Source: an uncultured Haloferacaceae archaeon (GTDB lineage: Archaea > Halobacteriota > Halobacteria > Halobacteriales > Haloferacaceae). From it: a stretch of DNA of 64,000 nt. Positions within the stretch are counted from its first letter, which is position 1, and the number at the start of each line of letters is the position of its first letter. Location: assembly GCA_964512675.1 (NCBI GenBank), contig CAZEJR010000009.1, positions 5,955-69,954 of the forward strand, given 5' to 3'. A model generated the notes under the pieces. That model was not told where the DNA came from, did not search any database, and saw nothing but the letters and a program-made list of their open reading frames with translations. Shown here piece after piece: positions 28,686 through 43,000 of the stretch. The position numbers and the translations under genes were made by a program.

Positions 28686-29122
28686 CTACGAGTTCTCCGT
28701 GGGCCGAACGACAGGGGCGCGACGGCGCACGAACTCGGAGGAGAGATCCCCGGCCCCCACGGCCGACGTCGTGGTGCGAACAGACGACGACGGCGCTCTG
28801 CTCGCCCGGGGTGTCGTCGGCGGGCGGTCGGTACTGGTCGAGGCGGTCGTGCCGGTCGGCGGCGCGAGGAGGGCTGGATCGACGCCGTCACAGAGGGTGA
28901 GCCGCAGCAGTTCGGCGGTGTCGACGTCCAACACGCCCACCGCCGGGCGGAGGTGGCCGACAGCGACGGACGGCGGGCGACGCTCGACGACACCGCGGCG
29001 GCGCCGGCAGTCGGCGTCCAGGTCCGGGCGCGGACGGCGGATTCGAGCACCACGCCGGCTGCTGTTCGGAGCGGACGGAGCGAGCGACCGGCGACCGCCC
29101 GGAGGCTAGCCGCGCGGGGTGA

Positions 29123-32342
<3,220 letters not shown>

Positions 32343-32346
<4 letters not shown>

Positions 32347-33272
32347 CCTCGGACCTCCCGTGGCTCGTCGCCCTCCGTGTACGCGAGAAACAGGTCCTCC
32401 AGCGAGGCCGCCTCGGTGCGGAAGTTCTCGACGGTCGCGCCCCCGTCCTCGACGGCACCGACGACGGCGGTCTTGGCGTCGGCGTCGCAGGAGACCACCA
32501 CCTCGCCGTTCACCGCCTCCGCCGAGGAGACACCCGAGAGCGCCCGGACCGACGAGAGGTCGACCGCGGAGGCGTCGCCGGTCACGTCGACGACGAGGCG
32601 TTCGCCGCCGCCGACCGCCTCGCGCAGGCCGTCCATACTGTCCTCCGCGACGAGCGATCCGCCACGCAGGATGCCGACCCGGTCACAGACCGCCTCGACC
32701 TGCCCGAGGACGTGCGACGAGAAGAAGACGGTCGCTCCCCGGTCGGCCTCCGCGCGGACGAGTTCACGCATCTCCTTCGCGCCGGAGGGGTCCAGCCCGG
32801 ACGACGGCTCGTCGAGGATCAACAGCTGTGGGCGTCCGACGAGCGCCATCGCGAGCGCCAGTCGCTGGCGCATCCCCTTCGAGTAGCCGCCGGCCTTGCG
32901 GTCGGCGGCGTCTGCGATCCCGGTCCGTTCGAGCAGGTCGATCGGGTCGCCGTCGACCCCCTTCGACTCCATGGCGAACTCGACGTGGGTCCGACCGGTC
33001 AGCCGGGAGTAGACGTCGAACCCCTCCGGGAGGACGCCCGTGCGCTGGCGAACCGCGACCGACTCGCGCTGGGCGTCGCGGCCAAGCACCCGGACCTCGC
33101 CGCCCGTCGGACGCACGAAGTCGAGCAGCATGTTGATCGTGGTCGACTTGCCGGCGCCGTTCGGGCCGAGGAAGCCGAAGACCTCGCCCTCGGGGACCGT
33201 GAGGTCGAGGCCGTCGACGGCGGTGACGTCGCCGAACCGCTTCGTCACGCCACGGAGGGCGATCGCGTCCAT
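32343..33272 (-). CDS. ABC transporter ATP-binding protein
   Basis: GFLGPNGAGKSTT (Walker A), YSKGMRQRLALA (signature), LLILDEPSSGLD (Walker B), SSH (H-loop). Confidence 0.95.
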
Positions 33273-33380
33273 AGGGTCGGTTGCGCCGGATCGCCTAAAG
33301 GCGTTTCTGGGTCGCGCCTCGACTGACGGGGGCGACCACGTCGCCGCCGCCCGAGGGGTCCCGGGTGCGCACCGTGTGTC

Positions 33381-33647
33381 TCAGAGCCGGTCGTCGGGCG
33401 CGTTTCGCGCCGCCACCCGTCTGGCCGCCGCGGCGTAGCGCTCGCGGTCGCGCTCCGGCGCCGGGGACAGGTCGTCCGTGTCGACGGTGCGCGCGGCCCG
33501 GACCCCGTCGCCGTCGAGCGCCACCGGCGAGAGCTGTCGGCGCCAGACCCGGTCACCCGCCGTCGTCGCGTAGGCGAGCGTCAGCATCCCCTTGTCCGTG
33601 TAGTCCCGTTCGACCAGCCAGACGCGGGCCTCGGCGGCGTCGGTCAC
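33381..33647 (-). CDS. small conserved hypothetical protein
   Basis: 88 aa: [39 protein letters not shown].... Good codon pattern. Divergent from uvrC. Confidence 0.55.
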   Translation of the reverse strand: MTDAAEARVWLVERDYTDKGMLTLAYATTAGDRVWRRQLSPVALDGDGVRAARTVDTDDLSPAPERDRERYAAAARRVAARNAPDDRL

Positions 33648-33727
33648 GGGCAGAGTGCAGGGCGGTCGGTCATGAACCCCACGCGGCGAGCGTCACGCTC
33701 AACTCCGCGCGACCCCCACGGCGGCCC

Positions 33728-35476
33728 GTGGACGCAACAGGGGTCCGCGACACCGCCGCCGACCTGCCCGCGGAGCCGGGGGTCTACCAGTTCCTCGCGG
33801 GCGAGACGACGCTCTACGTCGGGAAGGCCGTCGACCTCCGGGACCGGGTCCGGTCGTACGTCGACCCCCGGAGCGAGCGCATCCGGCAGATGCGCGACCG
33901 GGCCGACACTGTCGACGTCGCCGTCACCGACACGGAGACACAGGCACTTCTGCTGGAGGCGAACCTGATCAAGCGTCTGCGCCCGCGCTACAACGTTCGA
34001 CTGAAGGACGACAAGTCCTACCCGATGGTGCAGGTGACGGCCCACGACGCGCCCCGGATCGCGGTGACGCGGGACCCAGACCCCGGCGCCGCCGTCTACG
34101 GGCCGTTTACCGACGTCGGCGAGGCAGAGACGGCGGTGAAGGCGGCCCGCGAGCAGTTCGGCCTGCGCGGCTGTTCCGACCACAAGTACGAGGGCCGGGA
34201 CCGGCCCTGTCTCGACTACGAGATGGGCCTCTGCTCGGCGCCGTGTACCGGCGAGATCGGCCTCGACGACTACGCCGACGACGTCGGGGCGGTGCGGCGC
34301 TACCTCGACGGCGAGACGGGGGTGCTGGCCGGTCCGATCCGCCGCGAGATGGCCGCCGCGAGCGAGGCCGAGGCGTTCGAGCGTGCGGCGAACCTCCGGG
34401 ACCGGCTGGCTGCGGTCGAGTCGCTCCACGGCGGGGGCGGCGCGGCGGTCGCGAGCGAGGCCGAAGCCCGGGAGCGCCGCGTCGACGTCCTCGCCGCCGC
34501 CGCGGGCCGCGACGGCGTCGTCGTCGCGCGCCTCCGCGCCGAGGACGGCAAGCTGGTCGACCGGTCCCGGCACCACCTGGCGACGGGTGACGACGAGAGC
34601 CCCGACCCGGCGGCGGCGCTCGCTGCCTTCGTCCCGCAGTTCTACGCCGAGCGCGGCCTGCCCGACGCCGTCCTCCTCGCGGAGCGCCTGCCAGACGCCG
34701 ACGGGGACGTACGCGCGTGGCTGGAGACCCGCGGCGTCGCCGTTCGCGTGCCGGGCGCGGGCCGGGAGGCGACGCTCGTCGACCTCGCGCTGAAAAACGC
34801 CCGGCGCAGCCGAGAGCGCGACGACCCGGCTGTCGACCTCGCGCGGGCGCTCGGGCTGCCGGACGCCGGTCGGATCGAGGGGTTCGACGTGAGCCACACC
34901 GGCGGCACGGGCGCCGTCGGGTCGAACGTCTGTTTCGTCGACGGGGGCGCAGAGACGAGCGCGTACCGTCGCAGGCGGCTCACGGACGAGAACGACGACT
35001 ACGCGAACGTGCGCGCGCTCGTCCGGTGGCGCGCCGAGCGCGCCGTCGAGGGGCGAGACGACCGGCCCGACCCCGACCTCCTGCTCGTGGACGGCGGCGA
35101 GGGCCAGCTCGGCGCGGCGCTCGACGCGCTCGGGGAGACCGGGTGGGAGGTGCCCTGCGTCGCGCTGGCGAAAGAAGACGAGCTCGTCGTGACACCGGAC
35201 GGTGTCCACGACTGGCCCGACGACGCGCCGCGGCTCCGGCTCTGTCGGCAGGTGCGCGACGAGGCCCACCGCTTCGCGGTCCAGTACCACCGGACGGTGC
35301 GCGACGAGGTCGAGACGGCGCTCGACGGCGTCCCCGGCGTCGGACCGGAGCTTCGACGGCGGCTCCTCGGTCGGTTCGGGAGCGTCGAGAACGTCCGGGC
35401 AGCGTCGCGCGACGAGCTGCTCGCCGTCGAGGGCGTCGGCGAGTCGACGGCGGCAGCGATCGGAGAACGGCTCTAG
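33728..35476 (+). CDS. uvrC: excinuclease ABC subunit C
   Basis: GTG start at 33728. GIY-YIG domain ([28 protein letters not shown]...[13 protein letters not shown]), UVR domain ([14 protein letters not shown]), endonuclease V-like domain, C-terminal (HhH)2. The upstream part of ORF 33365.. is Arg-rich. Confidence 0.9.
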   Translation: MDATGVRDTAADLPAEPGVYQFLAGETTLYVGKAVDLRDRVRSYVDPRSERIRQMRDRADTVDVAVTDTETQALLLEANLIKRLRPRYNVRLKDDKSYPMVQVTAHDAPRIAVTRDPDPGAAVYGPFTDVGEAETAVKAAREQFGLRGCSDHKYEGRDRPCLDYEMGLCSAPCTGEIGLDDYADDVGAVRRYLDGETGVLAGPIRREMAAASEAEAFERAANLRDRLAAVESLHGGGGAAVASEAEARERRVDVLAAAAGRDGVVVARLRAEDGKLVDRSRHHLATGDDESPDPAAALAAFVPQFYAERGLPDAVLLAERLPDADGDVRAWLETRGVAVRVPGAGREATLVDLALKNARRSRERDDPAVDLARALGLPDAGRIEGFDVSHTGGTGAVGSNVCFVDGGAETSAYRRRRLTDENDDYANVRALVRWRAERAVEGRDDRPDPDLLLVDGGEGQLGAALDALGETGWEVPCVALAKEDELVVTPDGVHDWPDDAPRLRLCRQVRDEAHRFAVQYHRTVRDEVETALDGVPGVGPELRRRLLGRFGSVENVRAASRDELLAVEGVGESTAAAIGERL

Positions 35477-36396
35477 TTGGCGATCGTCCGGTACTGCTCG
35501 GAGAGCTTCGCCGCGGCCTCGGACAGGTCCTCGCGCTCCTCGTCGTCCAGGTCCCACTCGACGACCGCCTCGACCCCGTCGTTCCCGAGCCGACAGGGGA
35601 CACCGACCGCCGTCCCCTCGTGGCCGTACTCGCCGTCGAGGACCGTCGAGCAGGGCAGCACTTCACCGGTGTCGCGCAGAATCGCCTCGACCACGTGAGC
35701 GACACCCGTCGCCGGCCCCCACTGTGTCGCGCCCTTGCGCTCGATGACGTCCATCGCGCTCTCCGTGAGCGCCGCCGTGATCGCCTCGCGTTCGTCGGCG
35801 GAGAACTCGGGGTCGGCCCCGTCGACACGTACCTTCGAGAAGACGGGAACCTGCGCGTCGCCGTGCTCTCCGAGGATAGTCGCCTCGACGTTCCGGACAG
35901 CCGTGTCGAACCGTTCGGCGAGGACGTACCGGAAGCGCGCCGAGTCGAGCCGGCCCCCGAACCCGACGACGTGCTCGCGGGGGCGGCTGCTCACCTCGTA
36001 CAGGTGGCGGTTGAGCAGGTCGACGGGGTTCGAGGTGGTGACCGAGACGTAGTCGTCGGTGTGTGCCGCGAGCGACTCATGAATCGACTCCATGATGCCG
36101 GCGTTGTCGCCCGCGAGGTCGATACGGGTCTGGCCGGGCTGGCGCGGGATGCCGGCCGTGATGACGACGACGTCGGAGCCGGCGGTGGCCTCGTAGCCAC
36201 CCTGCCGGACGGTCGTGTTCGAGTCGTAGGCGACGCCGTGGTTGACGTCGGCGGCCTGTCCGACCGCCTCGTCGACCTTGTCGGGGATGTCGACGAAGAC
36301 GAGTTCGTCGACGACGTCGCGGAGCGCGAGGCTGTAGCCGGCTGCGGCGCCGACCGTCCCGGCGGCGCCGACGACACTGACCTTTGCGTTCGACAT
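35473..36396 (-). CDS. mdh: malate dehydrogenase (LDH-like, haloarchaeal type)
   Basis: [16 protein letters not shown] (NAD fold), [16 protein letters not shown] (substrate Arg), GEHGD. Confidence 0.95.
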   Translation of the reverse strand: MSNAKVSVVGAAGTVGAAAGYSLALRDVVDELVFVDIPDKVDEAVGQAADVNHGVAYDSNTTVRQGGYEATAGSDVVVITAGIPRQPGQTRIDLAGDNAGIMESIHESLAAHTDDYVSVTTSNPVDLLNRHLYEVSSRPREHVVGFGGRLDSARFRYVLAERFDTAVRNVEATILGEHGDAQVPVFSKVRVDGADPEFSADEREAITAALTESAMDVIERKGATQWGPATGVAHVVEAILRDTGEVLPCSTVLDGEYGHEGTAVGVPCRLGNDGVEAVVEWDLDDEEREDLSEAAAKLSEQYRTIAN

Positions 36397-36549
36397 AGCG
36401 TCTCACGGGGCAGGCGCAGCCGTCGTAAGCCTGTCGAAGCGATCGGGGGAGTCGGGGGCGGCCCGGCGCCGGCGACGTCGTCGTCGGTCTCGCGGCCCTC
36501 GCGCCACGCGCCCGTCGCGCTTTTCGGCGTCCCCCGCCTATCGGCCCGC

Positions 36550-37191
36550 ATGAGCGACTTCGACCGCGAGGCCGAACGCGAGCGACTCCGCGAGAAGTAC
36601 GAACAGGACCGGGAGAAGCGCGCCTCGACACAGCGGATGTCCGAACTCCTGCTCCGGGGAGCGACAATGACCGACAGCCACTGTGACACCTGTGGCGACC
36701 CGATATTCCGCTACGAGGGCGAGGAGTTCTGTGCCACCTGCGAGGCCGAGGACGGCGCGGACGGCGGGTCGGCCGGCCAGGCTGAACAGCGCGCCGAGAG
36801 CCGGGGAGCCGGGACACGGGAGCAGGAGCGCACGCCGCGGGACCAGACAGAGGCCGAGCGCGCGACCGCGGAGCAGACGCGACCGACAGCCGGCGAGCGC
36901 GCGCGCGACGCGCTGGCGAACGGCGCCGAGACGGGGGGACAGAGCGGCGAGTCCGGGCGGCCCGCGACGACCCAGAGCGAGGACGCGCCGGCAGAGTCGC
37001 CGCCGCCACGCGACGAGGCCGCCTCGGGCGACGCGTCCTCCGGGCCGTCCGAGGCCCGTGCCGCGCTCGTCCGGACGGTGACACGGTTCGCCCGGCGCGC
37101 CGAGGCCGCCGACCACCCGAGCGAGGCCGTCGACTACCTCGCCGCCGCGCGCGAGGCCGCCGAGGCGCTCGCGGCGCTGGACGGCCGATGA
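36550..37191 (+). CDS. Sjogren's syndrome/scleroderma autoantigen-1 (p27) family zinc-ribbon protein with a long acidic disordered tail
   Basis: Internal ATG of ORF 34717..37191: [65 protein letters not shown]. Confidence 0.7.
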   Translation: MSDFDREAERERLREKYEQDREKRASTQRMSELLLRGATMTDSHCDTCGDPIFRYEGEEFCATCEAEDGADGGSAGQAEQRAESRGAGTREQERTPRDQTEAERATAEQTRPTAGERARDALANGAETGGQSGESGRPATTQSEDAPAESPPPRDEAASGDASSGPSEARAALVRTVTRFARRAEAADHPSEAVDYLAAAREAAEALAALDGR

Positions 37192-37586
37192 GCACGAAGA
37201 TTCTCGTCCCCGTCGACGGCTCCGAGTGTAGCACCCGGGCGGTCGAGTTCGCCGCCGAGATGGCCGAGCGCTACGACGGCAGTCTCCGTGTCGTCCACCT
37301 CTCGGACGCCGAGACGGACGCCGCGCTGGCGGCGCTCGACCGCGCCCGCGAGGGGCTCCCGGCGGACCACGACGGCGACGCCTCGGTCGAGGTGGTGGTC
37401 CGCGACATGGCGAGTCCGACCGCGAACCGGGTCGGCCAAGAGATACTCGCCTACGCGAAGGAGACAGACGCCGACCACGTCGTGATGGGCCACCACGGGG
37501 CCGGGGTAGTAGAGCGGGCCATCCTCGGGAGCGCCTCCGAGACGGTCGTGCGCGGCGAGATGCTGCCCGTGACGGTCGTCCCCTAG
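37188..37586 (+). CDS. universal stress protein (UspA family)
   Basis: KILVPVDGSECSTRAVEFA...HVVMGHHGAGVVERAILGSASETVVR. The ATG overlaps the upstream stop (ATGA). Confidence 0.9.
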   Translation: MSTKILVPVDGSECSTRAVEFAAEMAERYDGSLRVVHLSDAETDAALAALDRAREGLPADHDGDASVEVVVRDMASPTANRVGQEILAYAKETDADHVVMGHHGAGVVERAILGSASETVVRGEMLPVTVVP

Positions 37587-40033
37587 CCGTCGTCGAGCGA
37601 CGTCCGCTCCGCCGGCGCGTAGTCGCTCCCCGCCACCTCGCGTACGCGACCCGCCGTCACCTCGCCGACGCCGTCCACGTCCATCAGCTGTGTCTCGGTC
37701 GCGGTCATCACTGCCTCGACGCTCCCGAAGTGCTCTAAGAGCGACCGCGCCGTCACCGGCCCTACCTCGCCGACCGCGCTCACGACGTACTCCTGCCGTT
37801 CGTCGAGGGTCTTCGCGCCCTTCTCGCCGTGAGCGCTCACCGCGCGGTCGCGGGTCCGCTGCTCTCGCTTCGCCAGCACCGCGAGGGTGTCTGCGGTCCC
37901 GCCCTCGTCAGCGACGTGGAGAACGCTGACGTCGAAGTCGACGGCGAGCGACGCCAGCGCGCCACGGACCGCGTCGGGGTGGACGTTGCGCTCGCCGTAG
38001 AGGTCGCCGCCCTCGACGAGGAGGACGGGACGGGCGTAGTGACGCGACATGGCGCGGGCCTGCTCGAACAGCGACCGCTCTTCGCCGAGCAGAGTGTCGA
38101 GAAAGTCGCTCACGGTCTTGCGCTCGACGACGACCCGGTCGGAGACGACGTAGTCGCCGACCGCCAGCGTCTCGAGCCGGGTGTCGACCCCGTCGCGTGT
38201 CGAGAGGTCGCGTGCGATAGTCGAGTCGAGTTCGCGCTGGTCGACCACGACCTCGACGACGTCGGCCTCGTCCGCGGGCGTCGCGGCTGTCCCGTCGGTC
38301 GTTTCGGGGGCGTCCGTCTCGGCGGCGAAGTCGGTCAGCGCGGCGTCGGGGGCGTCACCGCCGTTCCCGGGCGACTCGCCGGAATCGCCCGTCTCGTCGT
38401 CACCGTCGAACTCGTCGAGGGCCCGCTGGCCGTCCGACAGCTCCGCCGTCAGCTCGTCTGCGGCGCTTTTCAGCGCCGCCAGCTCCTCGGCCATCTCCTC
38501 CTCGCGGCGCTTCGAGATCCAGAAGTACGCCTCGTCACGGGTGTCCGAGGCCATCAGCACGACGACGCGGCCGTCGTCCTGCCGGCCCGTCCGGCCCTTG
38601 CGCTGGATGGACCGGATAGCGGTCGGCACGGGTTCGTAGAACAGCACCAGGTCCACCTCCGGGACGTCGAGCCCCTCCTCGGCGACGGAGGTCGAGACGA
38701 GGACGTCGAACTCGCCGGCACGGAAGTCGTCCAGGGTCGCCTGCTGCTGTGTCTGGGTCATCCCGTCGCTCCCCTCGCGGTCGCCCTGACCGACGAACTT
38801 CCGGACCGCGAACCCCTCGGAGAGAAAGTCGACGAGCGCCTCCGCCGTGTCGCGGGACTCGGTGAAGACGATGACACGGTCGCCCCCCTCGACGCCGAGC
38901 GTCTCCGCGAGGAGGATCCGGGTGCGCCGGAACTTCGGGTGCAGGTCGTCGAACGACTCGGCGGTCCGCATCGCCTCACGCACCCGCGGGTCGGCGACGA
39001 GCCGCTGTGAGGCCTTCGACGCGCCCGACGAGCGGGCGGCGTTGCGCTGTCGCTCGAAGTACCGCCGCAGCGCCTCGACGCTCTGGGTCTCGGCGTAGGT
39101 GACCGCGGTCCGGAGCTTCCGGACCTCCGCGAGGTGGCTCATCGCCTCGTACCCCTCCGAGCGGTCGGCGTCCATCATCTCCTGGACCGTGCCCTGGATG
39201 CGGTTGATCTGCGACTCGGACATGTCCGGCTTCGTGCTCTTCGTGACGCCGAGCTCCTTCAGCGTCGTCAGCCGGTCGGTGATCACCTCGTTGATCGCGT
39301 CGCGGATCGCGACGACCTCGTCTGGCAGGTCGAGTTCGACCCACTCGACGTCGGTCTCGTGGGTGTAGTCGGCGACGTCGGCGTCGTCTTCGGTCATCAC
39401 CGCCACCTCGTCGAGCCCGAGGTTCTCACAGACCCGTCGAATCGCGTCGGCGTCGCCGCCCGGTGAGGCGCTCATCCCCGTCACGAGCGGCTCGGCGGCG
39501 TCCGCGCCGTACCGCTCGGCGACGTAGACGTAGGCGTAGTCGCCGGTCGCACGGTGACACTCGTCGAAGGTGAGGTGGGTGACGGACGCGAGGTCGATAC
39601 GGCCCCCGATCAGGTCGTTCTCGACCACCTGTGGCGTCGCGACCACGACGCGGGCGTCCTCCCACAGCGACGCACGGTCGTCGGGCCGCACGTCGCCGGT
39701 GAACGTCACGACCGCGTCGTCGTCGAGCGTCAGCGCCGCGCGGTAGAACGACGCGTGCTGCTGGACCAGCGGCTTCGTCGGCGCGAGGAGCAGCGCCGTG
39801 CCGCCGGCCTGGTGGAGCCGGTTGGCGGTGACCAGCAGCGACACCGCCGTCTTGCCGAGGCCGGTCGGGAGACAGACGAGCGTGTCGGCGCCACGGGCGC
39901 GGTCGACCAGCCGGGTCTGGTAGCGCCGGCGCTCGACGACGCCGGACGCGACCAGCGGCCGGTCGACGTACTCGGTGTCCGCGTCGGCCTCGGTGGTCGC
40001 CATCTGGTCTCGAGTCGGGGGCTGCCGGCTCAT
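37583..40033 (-). CDS. hef: Hef (FANCM/XPF-like) helicase-nuclease: SF2 helicase plus ERCC4 nuclease plus (HhH)2
   Basis: LPTGLGKT (motif I), FDECHRA (DECH), helicase C-terminal QRKGRTGR, ERCC4 nuclease GDYVVSDRVVVERKTVSDF, C-terminal HhH. An alternative start lies at 40003. Confidence 0.9.
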   Translation of the reverse strand: MSRQPPTRDQMATTEADADTEYVDRPLVASGVVERRRYQTRLVDRARGADTLVCLPTGLGKTAVSLLVTANRLHQAGGTALLLAPTKPLVQQHASFYRAALTLDDDAVVTFTGDVRPDDRASLWEDARVVVATPQVVENDLIGGRIDLASVTHLTFDECHRATGDYAYVYVAERYGADAAEPLVTGMSASPGGDADAIRRVCENLGLDEVAVMTEDDADVADYTHETDVEWVELDLPDEVVAIRDAINEVITDRLTTLKELGVTKSTKPDMSESQINRIQGTVQEMMDADRSEGYEAMSHLAEVRKLRTAVTYAETQSVEALRRYFERQRNAARSSGASKASQRLVADPRVREAMRTAESFDDLHPKFRRTRILLAETLGVEGGDRVIVFTESRDTAEALVDFLSEGFAVRKFVGQGDREGSDGMTQTQQQATLDDFRAGEFDVLVSTSVAEEGLDVPEVDLVLFYEPVPTAIRSIQRKGRTGRQDDGRVVVLMASDTRDEAYFWISKRREEEMAEELAALKSAADELTAELSDGQRALDEFDGDDETGDSGESPGNGGDAPDAALTDFAAETDAPETTDGTAATPADEADVVEVVVDQRELDSTIARDLSTRDGVDTRLETLAVGDYVVSDRVVVERKTVSDFLDTLLGEERSLFEQARAMSRHYARPVLLVEGGDLYGERNVHPDAVRGALASLAVDFDVSVLHVADEGGTADTLAVLAKREQRTRDRAVSAHGEKGAKTLDERQEYVVSAVGEVGPVTARSLLEHFGSVEAVMTATETQLMDVDGVGEVTAGRVREVAGSDYAPAERTSLDDG

Positions 40034-40079
40034 AAGCGTTCGCCGAGCGGGGTGAAACTGGACGCGGGCGCGTCCGGCC

Positions 40080-43000
40080 TCAGGCGCGCCGCGTCGCCAG
40101 CAGCGCCGCCGCCAGCAGCGCGACGAGCGCGACGGCTGCGCCGAAGCCCGGCCCGCCGCCGCTGGTGGGTGTCGGGGTCGGCGTCGGGGTCGCCGTCGGG
40201 GTCGGGGTCGGCGTCGCCGTCGGGGTCGGCGTCGGCGTCGGGGTGTCCTGCTCCGTCGGCGTCGGCGTCGGGGTGTCGACCGTCTCGACGAGTTCGACCG
40301 TCTCGCGCCGGGTGTTCGACCCGTCCTCGACGATCAGGTCGTACGTGCCGATCGCCGCGCCGGCGGTGTCGATCTCGACGACCCAGCTGCCGGACTGGCC
40401 CCAGAGGTCCGTCGAGACCAGGCCGACCGAGACGTCGCCGTCTCGCAGTTCGACCGTGATCACGTTGTCCTCGGGCTGGAGGTTCGTCGTCCCCTCGACG
40501 ACCATCACGTCACCGACGGCGACGGGGTTGAGTCCCGTGGCAGCGCTGTCCTGCGGGTAGACGTCCGTGACCTGCGTCTGTGCGTCGGTAAGCTGGACCG
40601 TCTCGGTGTGTGCCAGGTCGTCGCTCGCGGTGTCGTTGACGGTCTGAGAGCGGATCAGGTCGTTCGTCTGGCTCGCGGTGAGCCCCTGCGGCTCGAGCTC
40701 GTCGACGAGGTAGTCCTCGAGCCCGTCTATCGTAGTGCCGGTCGACCCCGGCAGGTTGCCGTCGCCGACCCGACCGTCGCGGCCGGCGCTCACGACGTAC
40801 AGCGTCACGTCACCCTCGGAGAGTCCGGAGACCGGGATGTCCTCCTCGTCGATGCGCGCTCCCTCCTCGTCGACGTCGATCTCCTGGGTGGTGATCTCGC
40901 CGCGTTCGCCGACGGCGAAAAACAGCACCGACCCGGAGCCCGGCGCGGTGCCGTTCACGTCGACGGAACCGTCCTGTGTCGTGATCTGTCCGTCGACGAC
41001 AGAGGGGAACGAGACCGACAGCGACTGTCCGACCACGCGGATCGACCGCTGGTCGGAGGTGCCGCTCGTGAACTCGTTCGTCGTGAGCCGGTCGTCCGGG
41101 TCGCCGTCGCCGTCGACGTCGGCACCGGCGGCGTCGATGACACCGATCCGGTAGCTGCCGGGGAGCGAGAGCAGACCGTTGCCGGGGCCGTCGTCGCGGC
41201 TGAGCGCGACGCCCTCCACCTCGAACTCGCCGTCGACGTCGACCGGCACGGACCGGTCGCCGTCGACGAAGACGAGCTCGTAGTCGTCGCGGTTGCGCGC
41301 GTAGATCGCGACGTCGTCGGTGCCACCGGTGGCGTTGCCGGCCACGGTGACGGTCGCGCCGACGACGTAGCGGTCGCCGGGCGACGCGAGCCGGAGTTCG
41401 CCCTCCCGGACCTCGAACTCGGCCTCGTTCGCGTCCAACTCCCCGGTGCCAGCCGGGGTCGGAGGCCGGGTGAACGTCCCGCCGCTCGTCGCCAGCGGGT
41501 CCGAGACGGTCACCGCGACGTCCGTGTCGCCGAGGAACTGGGTGTCGATCGAGCCGGCGCCGGAGCCGTCGTCGTCGACCTCGACGACGGCGTATGCGGC
41601 GTCGACGTCGTCGCTCGCCCGCGCGTCCAGTTCGCGCACGTAGCCGCCGGAGCCGTTGACGTAGCCGACCTCCCGTGTGTCGCCGGCGCTACGGAAGACC
41701 GTCGCCGCCTGCGACGGCGAGACGTCGTCGCGGAGGTCGCCCGCGTCGATCCGGAGCAGGTGGAAGTCGCCGGCTGCGCCGCCGACCACGTCGAATCGGG
41801 TGTTCTCGCCCTGTGACACGGGGTCGTCCTCGATCTCGACGCCGACGTTGTCCTGCGCGCTGATCTCGACGAACCGGGTGTCGGTCGCGTCGTCGAACGT
41901 CAGCGAGTCTGAGCCCTGGACGGTGACGTTGTACCGACCGGCCTCACTGTCGCGGAGGTCGAGCCCGACCCTGGCCGTGCCGTCGGACGACGACACCTCG
42001 GAGGCGTCTGCGACGGCGTTCGTCACCTCGAGACCCGAGGGGCCCTCGACGACCAGCTCGACGTTCTCGGCCTCGTAGTAGTTGTACTCGACGAACACGT
42101 CGAGGGTCGCCTGTGGCTGTGCGACCGTCCCGTCCGAGACGTCCGCGCCGTTCTGGTTCCGTATCTCGAACGTCTGGATGCGCGGCCGGTCGACGATGAC
42201 GCCGGGCGAGCCGGAGTCGCCGTCGTTCGTGTACCGACCGGCCCGCTCCTCCGACGAGAGCGGCGGGCTGAGAACCCGTCCCGCGGCGTCGCCGCTGACG
42301 CCGACGAGCGACGACGACAGCGACCCGCCGAACTCAATGTCGTCCTCGCCCCGGAAGACGCGCGCGCCGTCGTAGACGACACCCTCGCCGTTCGAGGTGT
42401 CGAAGTCGCCGGAGCCACCGGGGCCGGCACGGGTCACGCCGGACTGCTGGGTGACGGTGAAAGAGGTGGAGGGTGACCCCGAGGGCGACTGGTCGGGCGA
42501 ACTGCCGACAGACCCGCCGATATTGTAGGTCAGACTCGTCCCCGGCGACACGCTGCCCGCGTCGACGGGAAGGTCGACGTCGACCGTGACCGGCCCGTCG
42601 CCGTCGTCTGTGACGGGGACGGTGACGACGCCGCTGTTGACCGACGGCTTCCCGTTACTGCTCCCGCTCGACACAGACGCCTTCGGGGGACCGGTGAGCG
42701 ACCCGCCGGCGTTCTGGAGCGCTGTCACGTTCAAGTAGGCAGCGCCGTTCGGGTTACCGCCGGTGTTCACCGTGACCCCGGAGACGGTCTGTGTCTGCCC
42801 GCCGGAGGCGGTGATGTCCGGGGCGCTCCCGGCAGCCGCCACGGGGTCGACGACGGCGCCCGAGACGGTCGTGAAGTCCCTCGTCCCGTTCCTGATCGTG
42901 ATCGTCTGTGCGCCCGTCGTACTCGCGCTGCTCGTGTCGTAGGTGACACTGACGGTGAGCGACCCCGTGACGTCGCCGGAGTTCCCTCCGGCGTCTTGGA

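Noticed and set aside
40165-40280. GC-rich short tandem repeats that could be mistaken for a CRISPR or satellite locus.
   Set aside because: They lie in frame within the surface glycoprotein gene and encode its Thr-Pro linker. This is coding low complexity, not an independent element.
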